Positions 30,798 to 39,841 of a stretch of 64,000 nt of DNA are shown here, piece by piece. The stretch spans positions 224,001 through 288,000 of the forward strand of contig CAWFJP010000029.1 of assembly GCA_963816145.1 (NCBI GenBank), written 5' to 3'. The notes under the pieces were generated by a model. That model searched no databases and was not told where the DNA came from. It saw only the letters and a list, made by a program, of their open reading frames with translations. This DNA comes from an uncultured delta proteobacterium (lineage in GTDB: Bacteria > Desulfobacterota > Binatia > UBA9968). Numbering within the stretch: position 1 is the first letter of the stretch; each line of letters starts with the position of its first letter. A program made the translations under genes and the position numbers.

Positions 30798-31532
30798 ATG
30801 GCTATTGGTATGAAAATGTACGGTAAACACCGCTTTCCTGGGCGGTTGTTTATCGTCGAAGGTATCGATGGCTCGGGCAAGAGCACGCAGCTATCCTTGC
30901 TCAAGAAATGGCTGGAGTCCGAAGGCTATGTGGTTTACTTCAGCGAATGGAATTCTTCCCCGCTGGTTGCCGACGTCACCAAGCGGGGCAAGAAGAAAAA
31001 GATGTTGACGCCGATGACTTTTAGCCTGATCCATGCGACCGATTTTGCCGATCGCACTGAGCATCACATCATCCCGCCGTTGAAAGCCGGCGCGGTGGTC
31101 CTTGCCGACCGTTATGTTTACACGGCGTTTGCTCGCGACGTCGTGCGCGGCGTCAGCCCGAAGTGGGTGCGCGAACTTTACGCCTTTGCGGTCAAGCCGA
31201 CCGTAGCCTTTTATTTTCGGACGCCTTTGGAAGTATCGATGAAGCGAATCTTGGGCGGCCGGGACGCGATCAAGTATTACGAAGCGGGCATGGATCTCGG
31301 TTTAAGCGACGATCTCGAACAGAGCTTCCGGCTGTTCCAAGGGCAGATTATCGATGAGTACGAAAAGATGGTCGACGAATTCGGACTTGTGGCTATCGAT
31401 GCCACGCGGTCCATCGAGGAGCAGCAGGCCGAAGTGCGCCGCCTCGTTACCGCAGCATTGGAAGGAACCAAGAAAGCCCAGGTGAGACGATGGCTCGATT
31501 TAGCTTCTTTGGCGAAGGACTCCCGGAAATAG
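30798..31532 (+). CDS. Thymidylate-kinase-like protein (candidate PPK3-type catalytic subunit)
   Basis: Walker A EGIDGSGKST, LIHATDFADR, VLADRY; polyphosphate gene context. Confidence 0.8.
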   Translation: MAIGMKMYGKHRFPGRLFIVEGIDGSGKSTQLSLLKKWLESEGYVVYFSEWNSSPLVADVTKRGKKKKMLTPMTFSLIHATDFADRTEHHIIPPLKAGAVVLADRYVYTAFARDVVRGVSPKWVRELYAFAVKPTVAFYFRTPLEVSMKRILGGRDAIKYYEAGMDLGLSDDLEQSFRLFQGQIIDEYEKMVDEFGLVAIDATRSIEEQQAEVRRLVTAALEGTKKAQVRRWLDLASLAKDSRK

Positions 31533-32185
31533 ATCTGGCGGAATTGAAAGGCAAGCTGATCGTTCTGGAGGGGACGGACGGTGTCGGCCGCTCGACCCAT
31601 ATCGGCTTGTTGAAGCAGTGGCTGGAAAATCATGGCCATGCGGTGCTAGACACCGGCATGACCCGTTCGGCACTGGCCGGAAAGCGGCTAAAGCAAGCCA
31701 AAGAGGGCAACACCCTTGGCGGCATCACCCTGAGCTTGTTTTATGCCACTGACTTTGCCGATCGTCTGGAAAATGAAATTATCCCAGCGCTGCGCGCCGG
31801 CTTCGTTGTGCTGACCGACCGCTACATCTATTCTCTTATGGCAAGGGCGATCGTCCGCGGCATGGATTCTGAGTGGTTGCGCGAGGTCTACGGCTTTGCC
31901 TTGAAGCCCGACGCGATTTTCTATCTACGCGTCAACATCGACGACTTGGTGACGCGCGTCTTGCAGAGCGGTGGTTTCGATTATTGGGAGTCGGGCATGG
32001 ATCTGCGCATGGGCGAAGATCTTTATGAGAGTTTCATCCGCTATCAGAAATGGCTGCTGGCCGAGTTCGACAAGATGGTCGAGCCCTATGGCTTCGAAAT
32101 TATCGACACCTCGAGCTCGATAGAAGAAGTGTTCACAGATTTGCGCTGGCGGGTGGACAGCGTCGTCGAAAGTAATGGCGGCTAG
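31490..32185 (+). CDS. Thymidylate-kinase-like protein with altered P-loop (candidate PPK3-type partner subunit)
   Basis: EGTDGVGRST (Lys replaced by Arg), LFYATDFADR, VLTDRY; 43-nt overlap with the upstream paralogue. Confidence 0.8.
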   Translation: MARFSFFGEGLPEIDLAELKGKLIVLEGTDGVGRSTHIGLLKQWLENHGHAVLDTGMTRSALAGKRLKQAKEGNTLGGITLSLFYATDFADRLENEIIPALRAGFVVLTDRYIYSLMARAIVRGMDSEWLREVYGFALKPDAIFYLRVNIDDLVTRVLQSGGFDYWESGMDLRMGEDLYESFIRYQKWLLAEFDKMVEPYGFEIIDTSSSIEEVFTDLRWRVDSVVESNGG

Positions 32186-32200
32186 AGACCTGCCGAAGGT

Positions 32201-33103
32201 TTATTGCGCCGCCGCGCCGGCGCGCCAAGTTGCCCAGGCTTGCTGCACTTTGCTGCCGTGTTGTAGAGCGGTTGCCACGTCGCTGTCATAGCGCAAGCGT
32301 TCCTTTTCCATCTCTGCCAGCAAGATTCGGCCGATGTCGGGATGGTCAGCCAGAAAGCCCGGCCGCCCGATGAACTCGGCGACATGATGGAGCAGCACCG
32401 AGCGGTCATGCCAGTCACCAAGGGTGGTCTGAATTTCTCTGAGTGATGTGACCAACGGTTTCACTTTTGATGGGTCAAGCTCGGATAATAGCTCGGCACG
32501 GTAACGCAGCTTTTTGCCGGCGATGCGCAGGGCATGCAATCCCGCGGCATCCGGCTGTTCCCGCGTCGCGGCGAACGACTCCTGCCACCGGTTCATGGAC
32601 TTTGCCATGGCGCCGATAGCTTCCGCGACAGGATCGAAATCGCGCTCAGCCGTGTCAATCAAACGCTGCACCCTGATTGCGAACTTGAACAGATCTTGAC
32701 TCGCGATGTCGCGGCGCACTCGTTCAATCAACGGTTGGCGTTGCGACTCTAATGCGCTTTGCATCGATCCCCAGGCGTTCTCAACGCTGGCGTTGCCGCA
32801 ACGCTCGCCCTTGGATTTGACTAGAGCGATGTTGACATCGAGGTCGCGGCAGGGCCCCAAAACTTGTCGCACATAGCGAAGATCGGCAAAGATTTTGTTG
32901 ATCTTTTTTGACTGGGTTGGCGACGCGACGACACGTAAAGCCTGCTGTAGTCGCCGGCTCCAGACGCGCAGATCATGGATCGCTTCAGGATCGTCGGTGA
33001 TGAGCATCTTGGGCAGAAGCGTCGAATACTTTTCCAAGCGCCTTCGTGTCAGCTTGAGCAGTTTGGTTTGCGCTGAAGCTGCTTCTGTTGCCGCTGCGCT
33101 CAT
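32201..33103 (-). CDS. CHAD domain (polyphosphate-binding) protein
   Basis: DPEAIHDLRVWSRRL, LGPCRDLDV, LHALRIAGKKLRY.AE, Q..LGDWHD. Confidence 0.92.
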   Translation of the reverse strand: MSAAATEAASAQTKLLKLTRRRLEKYSTLLPKMLITDDPEAIHDLRVWSRRLQQALRVVASPTQSKKINKIFADLRYVRQVLGPCRDLDVNIALVKSKGERCGNASVENAWGSMQSALESQRQPLIERVRRDIASQDLFKFAIRVQRLIDTAERDFDPVAEAIGAMAKSMNRWQESFAATREQPDAAGLHALRIAGKKLRYRAELLSELDPSKVKPLVTSLREIQTTLGDWHDRSVLLHHVAEFIGRPGFLADHPDIGRILLAEMEKERLRYDSDVATALQHGSKVQQAWATWRAGAAAQ

Positions 33104-33109
33104 GATCGC

Positions 33110-33634
33110 TCAGTCTTTGTCTGAACGTTGCGCCATCAGCCTTAACTGTTTGGCGGTCAGTAGCCAATGCAGTGCGCCAGACTTTTTCGCCGTCAGAGCG
33201 TCAATTTCGACCCGGCACAGGGACCCTTTGCGAAGGTTGAATTCGCATGTGGCTTCCCGGTTTGCGTCGATTAAGCTCGCTAGCATTTGTCCCAGAAGAG
33301 GTTGGTGACCGACTAGCAGCAGATGTTCGCGGTCCTGGTAACGGGTCAAGCCAAACAACAGGTGCTCGACCGAACTCTCGGGCGCGAGCCCGGAGATTTC
33401 TTCCAGGCGCGACTCCATACCCAATGTCGCGGCGACGATTTCTGCAGTTTGGCGCGCCCGCAGGACCGGACTGGTCAAAATGCCATCGAATTTGATGCCC
33501 AACCGGCGCAATCCGCGCGCGGCGAGCCGCATACGTTTGGCGCCCTTGTTGGTTAACGGCCGTTGGTTATCATGAACGATACTGGGATCGCCGGCGTCGA
33601 CCGCGATGCCATGGCGCATCAGATAGAGATTCAT
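33110..33634 (-). CDS. sixA: Phosphohistidine phosphatase SixA
   Basis: LYLMRHGIA, RPLT.KG, TSPVLRARQTAE, LLVGHQP. Confidence 0.92.
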   Translation of the reverse strand: MNLYLMRHGIAVDAGDPSIVHDNQRPLTNKGAKRMRLAARGLRRLGIKFDGILTSPVLRARQTAEIVAATLGMESRLEEISGLAPESSVEHLLFGLTRYQDREHLLLVGHQPLLGQMLASLIDANREATCEFNLRKGSLCRVEIDALTAKKSGALHWLLTAKQLRLMAQRSDKD

Positions 33635-33655
33635 CGCTCAGTCGGCGTGGAATGT

Positions 33656-34096
33656 TTAAGCGACGTTACGCCAATAGTCCATGAATAGGGCGAAAACCCG
33701 CTTTTCAATCTTGTCGCGCTCTTGACGCAGAGCGTCCAGGTCTTCACCTTCGGACGGCTTGCTCTTAAATTCGTCAGCAACCGGCCAATTTTCGATCTTG
33801 GCGCGTCCGGGCAAGTTGGCGCATTGTTTGTGGGCATCGCCGAAACTGACGACCAAATCGATTTCGTCGACCGGCACGTCGGCTAGCCCTTTGCTTTTCT
33901 GCTCAGCCATGGCGACGCCGATCTCGTTCATCGCCTTGATGACCGCGGCCGGAATCCGTCCGGGCTTGATGCCGGCGCTAAAAATACGCGTTTTCGGAGG
34001 CGACAAATGCTTGGCTGCAGCCTCCGCCATCTGGCTCAGCTGGGCGTTGTCTTCGCAAAGAAAAAGGATGTTTCTATCATGAATCTCTCGACGCAT
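33656..34096 (-). CDS. LMW-PTP/ArsC-fold protein with degenerate active site
   Basis: ILFLCEDNAQLSQMAE, SAGIKP, MNEIGV....QKSK, IDLVVSFGD; the Arg of CX5R is missing. Confidence 0.85.
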   Translation of the reverse strand: MRREIHDRNILFLCEDNAQLSQMAEAAAKHLSPPKTRIFSAGIKPGRIPAAVIKAMNEIGVAMAEQKSKGLADVPVDEIDLVVSFGDAHKQCANLPGRAKIENWPVADEFKSKPSEGEDLDALRQERDKIEKRVFALFMDYWRNVA

Positions 34097-34117
34097 TCTC
34101 TCCTCCTCAGAATCACG

Positions 34118-35668
34118 CTACCGCGGACGGGTTGGCCTACTCTTTTCAATGATTAGATCGACATTAAAAACCTCTTGAATAAGTTTACCTTTTTGTCCGG
34201 CCCAGCGAATTTCTTGTTTGAGATCGGCGGCTGAAGCTGCCGATAGGGTCAAGGTACGGGCTTTCTTGAACGTGCAGCTTAGGTTGTCTACCTGTTGGGC
34301 ATGCCTAAAGTCAAACGCATCGGCGACCCGCACCAAGGCGCTGAGCTTGCGGACGATTTCCTGATTTGGCGGTGACAGTTGGCTGAACCCGAGATGCTTT
34401 GGACTGGGGTGTGCTTTACGGTGATAGCGCGCGACATTGGCGACCAGATCGAGATCGAGCCGATTGAAAGAGTTCATACCCGAACTTTTGATTAGATAGT
34501 AAGAATGTTTATGGTGCTTCGGACCAGCGAGGAAAAGGCCTATGTCATGTAGCATCGCCGCGGCATGAAGAATGCTCGCGTACTTCTCGGGCAGTTGGTG
34601 CAGCTCATGCAGTTGGTAAAACAGATTGACCGCCAATTGACTGACATGGTGCGCGTGCGCGGCGTCGTAGAGATATTTTTGGCAAACCTGATCGAGGGAT
34701 TCGGTGCGGTCCGCGTCCGGGTGCCATGGGCCGCTTTCCGAGTAGCGCCGTTGCAGGAGATCGACCATCAAGCCGTCGCGCAGACCTCTGCGGGAGACGA
34801 AAATATACTCCAGGCCGATCTCCGACATGATCTCGTAAAGGACGAATCCGCCGGCGATGATGATATCCGCTCGTTTGGGGTCGCCGCTGATCATGGCGGC
34901 GCGCTCGGCGGCGGGCTCGTTCAGCAAAAGTTCCAACAGGGTTTTTAGTCGTTGGCGCCGCAGCACGATCAACGATCCGGCGCGATTCGGATCGCCGGTA
35001 ATACGGGTGTCGGTCTCCGCCAGGGCCGTGATCGTGCCGCCGCTGCCGAAGGCCATGGTGAACTTTTCTTGCTGGATCCGCCGCACCACGCGCTTGAGCT
35101 GCGGCTGAATATAGTCGCGAAGTTCTCTGATCTCTCTGTGACGGGGCGGGTCATGGGCGATGAGCTTTTCGGTCAAACGAACCGCGCCCAAGGGCAGACT
35201 GAACAGGCAATAGGTGTTGGTGGTGTTGGCGACCGCAAGTTCGACGCTGCCGCCGCCGATGTCGAGGAATAGACCGAGCGGGAGATGAAAGCGCAAGCCG
35301 CTCATGATGCCCAGACTGATGAGCCGAGCTTCATGTTCTTCAGATAACACTTCGAGGGGAATACCCAGCTTGGCGGCACGATTGATAAATCCCCGGCTGT
35401 CCGATGCTTCGCGCAGCGCGCTGGTGCCGACGGCGCGAATCGCTTTGACGTGAAATCGGTCGGTGAGTTTTTTGAAATCGCCAAGGACTTTGATCGCCGC
35501 CTCGACCGTCTCCGGGTTTAGCTTGCCGGTCCTGAAGACATCATGTCCCAAGCGCACCGGCTGGCGGTCTTGTTCGATAACCCGATAATGTTTGGGCTTG
35601 TCGACGACCGCCACCTGGCAACGCATGGCGTTGCTGCCGACGTCGACGACCGCGAAATGTTGTGCCAT
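34118..35668 (-). CDS. ppx: Exopolyphosphatase Ppx/GppA family with C-terminal HD domain
   Basis: VVDVGSN, GTSALREA, DIGGGSVEL, GLRDG, AAMLHDIG, HHKHSYYLI, VARYHRK. Confidence 0.95.
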   Translation of the reverse strand: MAQHFAVVDVGSNAMRCQVAVVDKPKHYRVIEQDRQPVRLGHDVFRTGKLNPETVEAAIKVLGDFKKLTDRFHVKAIRAVGTSALREASDSRGFINRAAKLGIPLEVLSEEHEARLISLGIMSGLRFHLPLGLFLDIGGGSVELAVANTTNTYCLFSLPLGAVRLTEKLIAHDPPRHREIRELRDYIQPQLKRVVRRIQQEKFTMAFGSGGTITALAETDTRITGDPNRAGSLIVLRRQRLKTLLELLLNEPAAERAAMISGDPKRADIIIAGGFVLYEIMSEIGLEYIFVSRRGLRDGLMVDLLQRRYSESGPWHPDADRTESLDQVCQKYLYDAAHAHHVSQLAVNLFYQLHELHQLPEKYASILHAAAMLHDIGLFLAGPKHHKHSYYLIKSSGMNSFNRLDLDLVANVARYHRKAHPSPKHLGFSQLSPPNQEIVRKLSALVRVADAFDFRHAQQVDNLSCTFKKARTLTLSAASAADLKQEIRWAGQKGKLIQEVFNVDLIIEKSRPTRPR

Positions 35669-35713
35669 GGAGTGGCTTCATATCACAAACAACTGCCGGT
35701 CGAAATTGTTCAG

Positions 35714-35740
35714 GTTAAAATTTGGTTAAATCTGAGTTAC
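35714..35740 (-). promoter_or_regulatory. Pho-box-like repeats upstream of ppx
   Basis: Plus-strand GTTAA 35714, GTTAA 35725, GTTAC 35736. Confidence 0.7.
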
Positions 35741-35771
35741 GCGCGGCTGTGATGGCAGTGCAGCTCCAATT

Positions 35772-36140
35772 CTAAAGTTTGTTATCGCTAACTTTGCGCA
35801 AAAATCGAACGATCTGGCCCTCGGCGGGTCTCGCCCGATGGGCTTTACGATGCGCGAGCTCCTCCTGACTAACCAGGTGATCGGCAAGCTGCTGGACGAG
35901 TAAGGTGGCCTCTTGAATGGAGCGTGCGAACATCTCGGCTTCACGATCCAGTTCACAATCGGAATGCGCACGGAAGCGAGATAGTATTTGAGCGCCGACG
36001 AGGTTGAGCACCGTTAACTGATTGATTAGTTCGTGGGCGAGATGGCTCAGGGGCGGCCGTTGGCACCGCGAAGCTATCTCGGTTTGCATATGCATATTGG
36101 GATGGTGCCGCTTTGGAATCGCCGTGTGTTTGATAATCAT
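35772..36140 (-). CDS. Stand-alone HisKA/DHp-like protein
   Basis: LSHLAHELINQLTVLNL...FARSIQEATLLVQQL matches an H-box helical hairpin; start uncertain. Confidence 0.55.
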   Translation of the reverse strand: MIIKHTAIPKRHHPNMHMQTEIASRCQRPPLSHLAHELINQLTVLNLVGAQILSRFRAHSDCELDREAEMFARSIQEATLLVQQLADHLVSQEELAHRKAHRARPAEGQIVRFLRKVSDNKL

Positions 36141-36156
36141 AATGAGATCCTTTGTT

Positions 36157-36714
36157 TTATTGAATGGGCAGTGCGGCGGTACGATCGGGCAATGCCCCCG
36201 GCTCGCTGTTGGCCGCACGCGGGGTTGAATGGCTCTGTTGCAGCTTCTCGACCAGATTGCGTTCCATCGGTGAGTAGACGATTGCCAGCGTCCGCACGGC
36301 CCCCAGCACCAAAGCCATCAGCGCCAGGGCGGCGAGCTGTGTCGGCGAGCTTTGATGCTGGTACAGGCCGATCATGACCTCGCGCAGGATGAAAACCAAT
36401 GTTGCATCGATGATGAAGGTGAGCTTGAGCCGGTGCTCGCGGAAGTACTCGACAAGGCTTTTGAACAGCTCCAGGATAATGAAAAAGGTAAGCAAGTTGG
36501 TCACAGTGTGACCGAAGGCTTCTTTCAGCTCTTGCCCCGCCATGACCTTCCAAACATCCCAGAACAGTCGCACCAGGCCAATGGTCAATACCAGGACAAC
36601 GAAGAAAATCAGCAGCTTGAAAAAACCGTCGATGACCTGGTTAAAAAATCTCACGGCTTCAAAACGTCGCCAGAACTCCAGTAGTTTTCGTTTCGCCTGG
36701 GAGTACGTGTTCAT
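36157..36714 (-). CDS. Phosphate-starvation-inducible PsiE family membrane protein
   Basis: LLTFFIILELFKSLVEYFREHRL....IIDATLVFILREV; 4 TM helices. Confidence 0.88.
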   Translation of the reverse strand: MNTYSQAKRKLLEFWRRFEAVRFFNQVIDGFFKLLIFFVVLVLTIGLVRLFWDVWKVMAGQELKEAFGHTVTNLLTFFIILELFKSLVEYFREHRLKLTFIIDATLVFILREVMIGLYQHQSSPTQLAALALMALVLGAVRTLAIVYSPMERNLVEKLQQSHSTPRAANSEPGALPDRTAALPIQ

Positions 36715-36784
36715 CCCTGATTCAACCTCTGCGGGTCGATTTCTCGCAGCTTGCTGCATCGCACTAATTGGCATTCCCAAGTCC

Positions 36785-36860
36785 GTCATTCCCGCATGTC
36801 TTTGGCGGGAATCCAGACGAGTCCGGAACTGGCCCCCGGATAAAAACATTCAGGGGTGAC
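36785..36860. repeat. REP-like element (GTCATTCCCGC...GGGAATCCA family)
   Basis: gtcattcccgcatgtctttggcgggaatccag ... ggggtgac. Confidence 0.65.
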
Positions 36861-36941
36861 CAGATTCGGAATCGTTCGCTGGCTGGGCCTTCGATACCCC
36901 GCAGTTTGCTCCGCGGTAGTTCAGTTTGATTCCTCACAAAG

Positions 36942-37484
36942 TTAAATCTCCACGCTGCGCTGCTTCGGCCAGCCGAAAAACAGCGGCGCCAGCTTGCCGC
37001 GCCAGGGATGCGACGGCAGCGGCTGGGTGATCGACAACACCGGGCAAGGGCTTAACCGGGTGACCCGGTCGGTGATGCCGCCGCCGAACCAATGGCGTAG
37101 GCCACGGCTGCGCCGCGGCGACATTATGATCAAATCGGCTTTTTCCTCGTCAGCCATCGACGTGATACGTTCTGGAACGTTGCCGAGAATAACTCGCTTG
37201 GTTACGCTTGGCAGCTGTTTAAGATTGGCGAGATGAGGCTCCAGGAAGTGGTTCAGGTCGAGCGCCGCCTCGCTGACAATGCGATCGAGCGGCCATACTT
37301 GGCCGTGATTGCCGGTGTAGATCTCAAACTCGGTCGATAATTCCCAGGCGTTGAGTTCGTTGGCGACATGCAGCACGACAAGCGCCGCTTTATCCTCCGC
37401 CGCCAGTCGGCAACCATAGGCGATGGCGCGCCGGGAATGTTCCGACAGGTCGGTGGGCACCAAAATTTTGTTTAAGCTTTTCAT
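36942..37484 (-). CDS. Universal stress protein
   Basis: KILVPTDLSEHS, LVVLHV, ADLIIM, GGITDRVTRLSPCPVLSI. Confidence 0.92.
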   Translation of the reverse strand: MKSLNKILVPTDLSEHSRRAIAYGCRLAAEDKAALVVLHVANELNAWELSTEFEIYTGNHGQVWPLDRIVSEAALDLNHFLEPHLANLKQLPSVTKRVILGNVPERITSMADEEKADLIIMSPRRSRGLRHWFGGGITDRVTRLSPCPVLSITQPLPSHPWRGKLAPLFFGWPKQRSVEI

Positions 37485-37563
37485 AAGTTCTCCTTTTTAA
37501 TTTTGATGGAGATAGCTTAAGGTTCGCGTATTAGCGGGTGATGACAAGGTCAAGAACAAAAGG

Positions 37564-38121
37564 TTAAACCTGGACCGAAGCGCTTGCCCGCTCATGCGAA
37601 AGCGTATTTGCAGCGGGAGTTTCATCGTTGATCGGCAGCAAGAGATCGCATTTCAGTTTGTGGCGCACCCACTCCAGACAGAAAACCATCGTCAGTTTGG
37701 GCGCGTCGATGGTCGCGAAGATTCCCAGCCGGGTCTCCGATCCGTCGACGCCGACCCATTCTTCGACGCGAAAACCGAGTTCGCCGAAGAGGTCGTCGAT
37801 CAATTTTTCTCCGACGCGAATGCCGCGGCCGGCGACGCGGAGTTGAATCCAATAGCTCGGTTTGATGCCGATGAAGGCGTTGAGATCGTTGAGGCAGCTT
37901 CTGCGCCTGAGCGAAACTTCAATCGGCGCATCGGGATCGCTGGTGAGCAGAGTCTCATAGATAAACCGGCGGATGAATCCTTCCGCAGTCTGATTTTTCC
38001 AGGGCACTTGAGTCATGGCGGGAGCGAGGCTTACGAAAACCGGCGGCTTGTCGCCGCTCCGATTTTGGCTAAATCGGGAAATCGCATCCTGAATGACCGT
38101 GCCGATGTCTAATTTCTTCAT
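37564..38121 (-). CDS. Hypothetical protein resembling a degenerate HATPase_c (histidine-kinase ATP-binding) domain
   Basis: LDIGTVIQDAI...VSLAPAMTQV...PSYWIQLRVAGRGIRV.EKLIDDLF; RBS AAAGGAG. Confidence 0.6.
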   Translation of the reverse strand: MKKLDIGTVIQDAISRFSQNRSGDKPPVFVSLAPAMTQVPWKNQTAEGFIRRFIYETLLTSDPDAPIEVSLRRRSCLNDLNAFIGIKPSYWIQLRVAGRGIRVGEKLIDDLFGELGFRVEEWVGVDGSETRLGIFATIDAPKLTMVFCLEWVRHKLKCDLLLPINDETPAANTLSHERASASVQV

Positions 38122-38166
38122 GGGTTTCTCCTTTGTCATATTTGACGGCGAGCTTGGCGAGCTTGG

Positions 38167-38193
38167 GTTAAGCACCGGTTACGGCCGGATTAA
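38167..38193 (-). promoter_or_regulatory. Pho-box-like repeats upstream of the 38121 gene
   Basis: Plus-strand GTTAA 38167, GTTAC 38178, ATTAA 38189. Confidence 0.65.
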
Positions 38194-38413
38194 GATTCAA
38201 TTCCTTCCGTCGAGCCGGAATTGAGAGAATAGGGTTCACGATTGGTTTCGGGAATCGCGATCGCCATCTACCCGGCGGGCGCGACTCCCTTTGGGCCCGG
38301 CCAGGAATCGCCGAGTTTCATTGGTGCGATTGCGCTGCCGTCGGATTTAGCCTTCCTTGGCACTTGTCGAGAGCCGCGCTTGACATGCTAGTTATTTCGA
38401 TGATACTAGAAAT

Positions 38414-38800
38414 ATGGAAATAAAGACGGCTGTAGCAGCTCTTGGCGCGCTGGCTCAGGAAACGCGCCTCGGCATTTTTCGGTTGTTGGTGGAGACGGGA
38501 CCGGACGGGGTGGCGGCCGGCAGCATCGGCGAGACCCTGAAGGTGCCGGGAGCAACGTTATCGTTCCACTTGAAGGAACTTGCTCGCGCCGGTTTGGTGT
38601 CATCGAGACAGGAGAAACAGTTTATCTATTACGCGGTGGATTTCGATCGCATGGCGGAACTCATGACCTATCTCACGCAGAATTGCTGTCAGGGTATGCC
38701 GAAGGAATGCCTCACGGTCGTCGAAACAGCGTTGGGACGCTGTTGTCCACCGGCTAAATCAAATCCCAGGAAAGACAATCTAAAAAGGAGTCGATCATGA
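38414..38800 (+). CDS. arsR: ArsR family repressor (C-terminal Cys-Cys type)
   Basis: ALAQETRL.IFRLLV, TLSFHLKEL..AGLV, YLTQNCCQG. Confidence 0.92.
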   Translation: MEIKTAVAALGALAQETRLGIFRLLVETGPDGVAAGSIGETLKVPGATLSFHLKELARAGLVSSRQEKQFIYYAVDFDRMAELMTYLTQNCCQGMPKECLTVVETALGRCCPPAKSNPRKDNLKRSRS

Positions 38801-39258
38801 AACGATTTCACGTGCACGTCTCGGTGGATGATGTCGATGCCAATGTACGGTTTTACTCGACGGTGTTCGGAGCGTCGCCGACGGTGCTCAAACCGGATTA
38901 CGCGAAATGGATGTTGGATGACCCGCGGGTCAATTTCGCAATTTCACAACGCGGCAGCGCGGCAGGCATCGATCATCTCGGCATCCAGGTGGAGTCAGAC
39001 GAGGAGCTTATTGCGTTGCGAGAGCAAGTGGCGTGCGCGCAAATCGCCGCGCAAGATCAGCTCGATGCCGACTGTTGCTACGCCCGCTCGGATAAATACT
39101 GGACGACCGATCCTCAGGGGGTCGCGTGGGAGACTTTCCACACTCTCGATGCCATTCCATTTTTCGGCGACACGAACCGCAATCAGACACGCGCCTGCTG
39201 CGATACCGCGCCCATCGGCGATACCGCAGCTAGCAAAACCAGCCGGTGCTGCTCGTAA
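38797..39258 (+). CDS. arsI: ArsI/CadI family VOC protein (C-As lyase-like)
   Basis: RFHVHVSV, KPDYAKWMLDDPRVNFAIS, HLGIQVE, CCYARSDKYW..DPQG..WE. Confidence 0.88.
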   Translation: MKRFHVHVSVDDVDANVRFYSTVFGASPTVLKPDYAKWMLDDPRVNFAISQRGSAAGIDHLGIQVESDEELIALREQVACAQIAAQDQLDADCCYARSDKYWTTDPQGVAWETFHTLDAIPFFGDTNRNQTRACCDTAPIGDTAASKTSRCCS

Positions 39259-39269
39259 AGGAGATCTCA

Positions 39270-39767
39270 ATGAAACAGGAAATTCTGAACGTTCTGTTTC
39301 TATGCACCGGCAACTCGGCGCGCAGCATCATGGCCGAGTCGATCCTGAATTCGATTGGGAGAAGCAAATTCAAAGCCTTTAGCGCCGGGAGCCGCCCGGC
39401 GGGCTGCGTCAATCCGCTGGCGCTGGAACTGCTGGAGAAGAATCGACTGCCGACCGACGGTCTGCGCAGCAAGGATTGGAACGAATTCTCCCAACCCGGC
39501 GCGCCGTTCATGCATTTTGTCTTCACGGTATGCGATCAGGCGGCTGCCGAAGCCTGCCCGGTCTGGCCGGGTCAACCGATGACCGCCCATTGGGGTGTCT
39601 CGGACCCGGCAGCGGTTCAAGGCAGCGATGAATATAAGCGGAAGGCATTTCTACGAGCTTATACGGAGCTTTACCGGCGCATTTCGTTGTTCATCAGTTT
39701 GCCGTTCGATTCGCTGAGTAATCTCGCTCTCAAAGAAAAAATTGTCGAGATCGGGCGTACGCAATGA
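39270..39767 (+). CDS. arsC: Arsenate reductase (LMW-PTP type)
   Basis: [34 protein letters not shown]. Confidence 0.93.
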   Translation: MKQEILNVLFLCTGNSARSIMAESILNSIGRSKFKAFSAGSRPAGCVNPLALELLEKNRLPTDGLRSKDWNEFSQPGAPFMHFVFTVCDQAAAEACPVWPGQPMTAHWGVSDPAAVQGSDEYKRKAFLRAYTELYRRISLFISLPFDSLSNLALKEKIVEIGRTQ

Positions 39768-39841
39768 TTGTCTGCTCGGCGGCAACGCGGCCTGGTTATT
39801 GGCAGTTAGTGTCACCGCGCGTATCAACCAACGGAGCTAAC

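Noticed and set aside
30798-32185. Housekeeping tmk call
   Set aside because: Tandem paralogues, an altered P-loop in one, no holB context, and a polyP/Pho neighbourhood.
33656-34096. Second functional arsC
   Set aside because: It lacks the CX5R Arg and a resolving Cys; a canonical arsC is at 39270.
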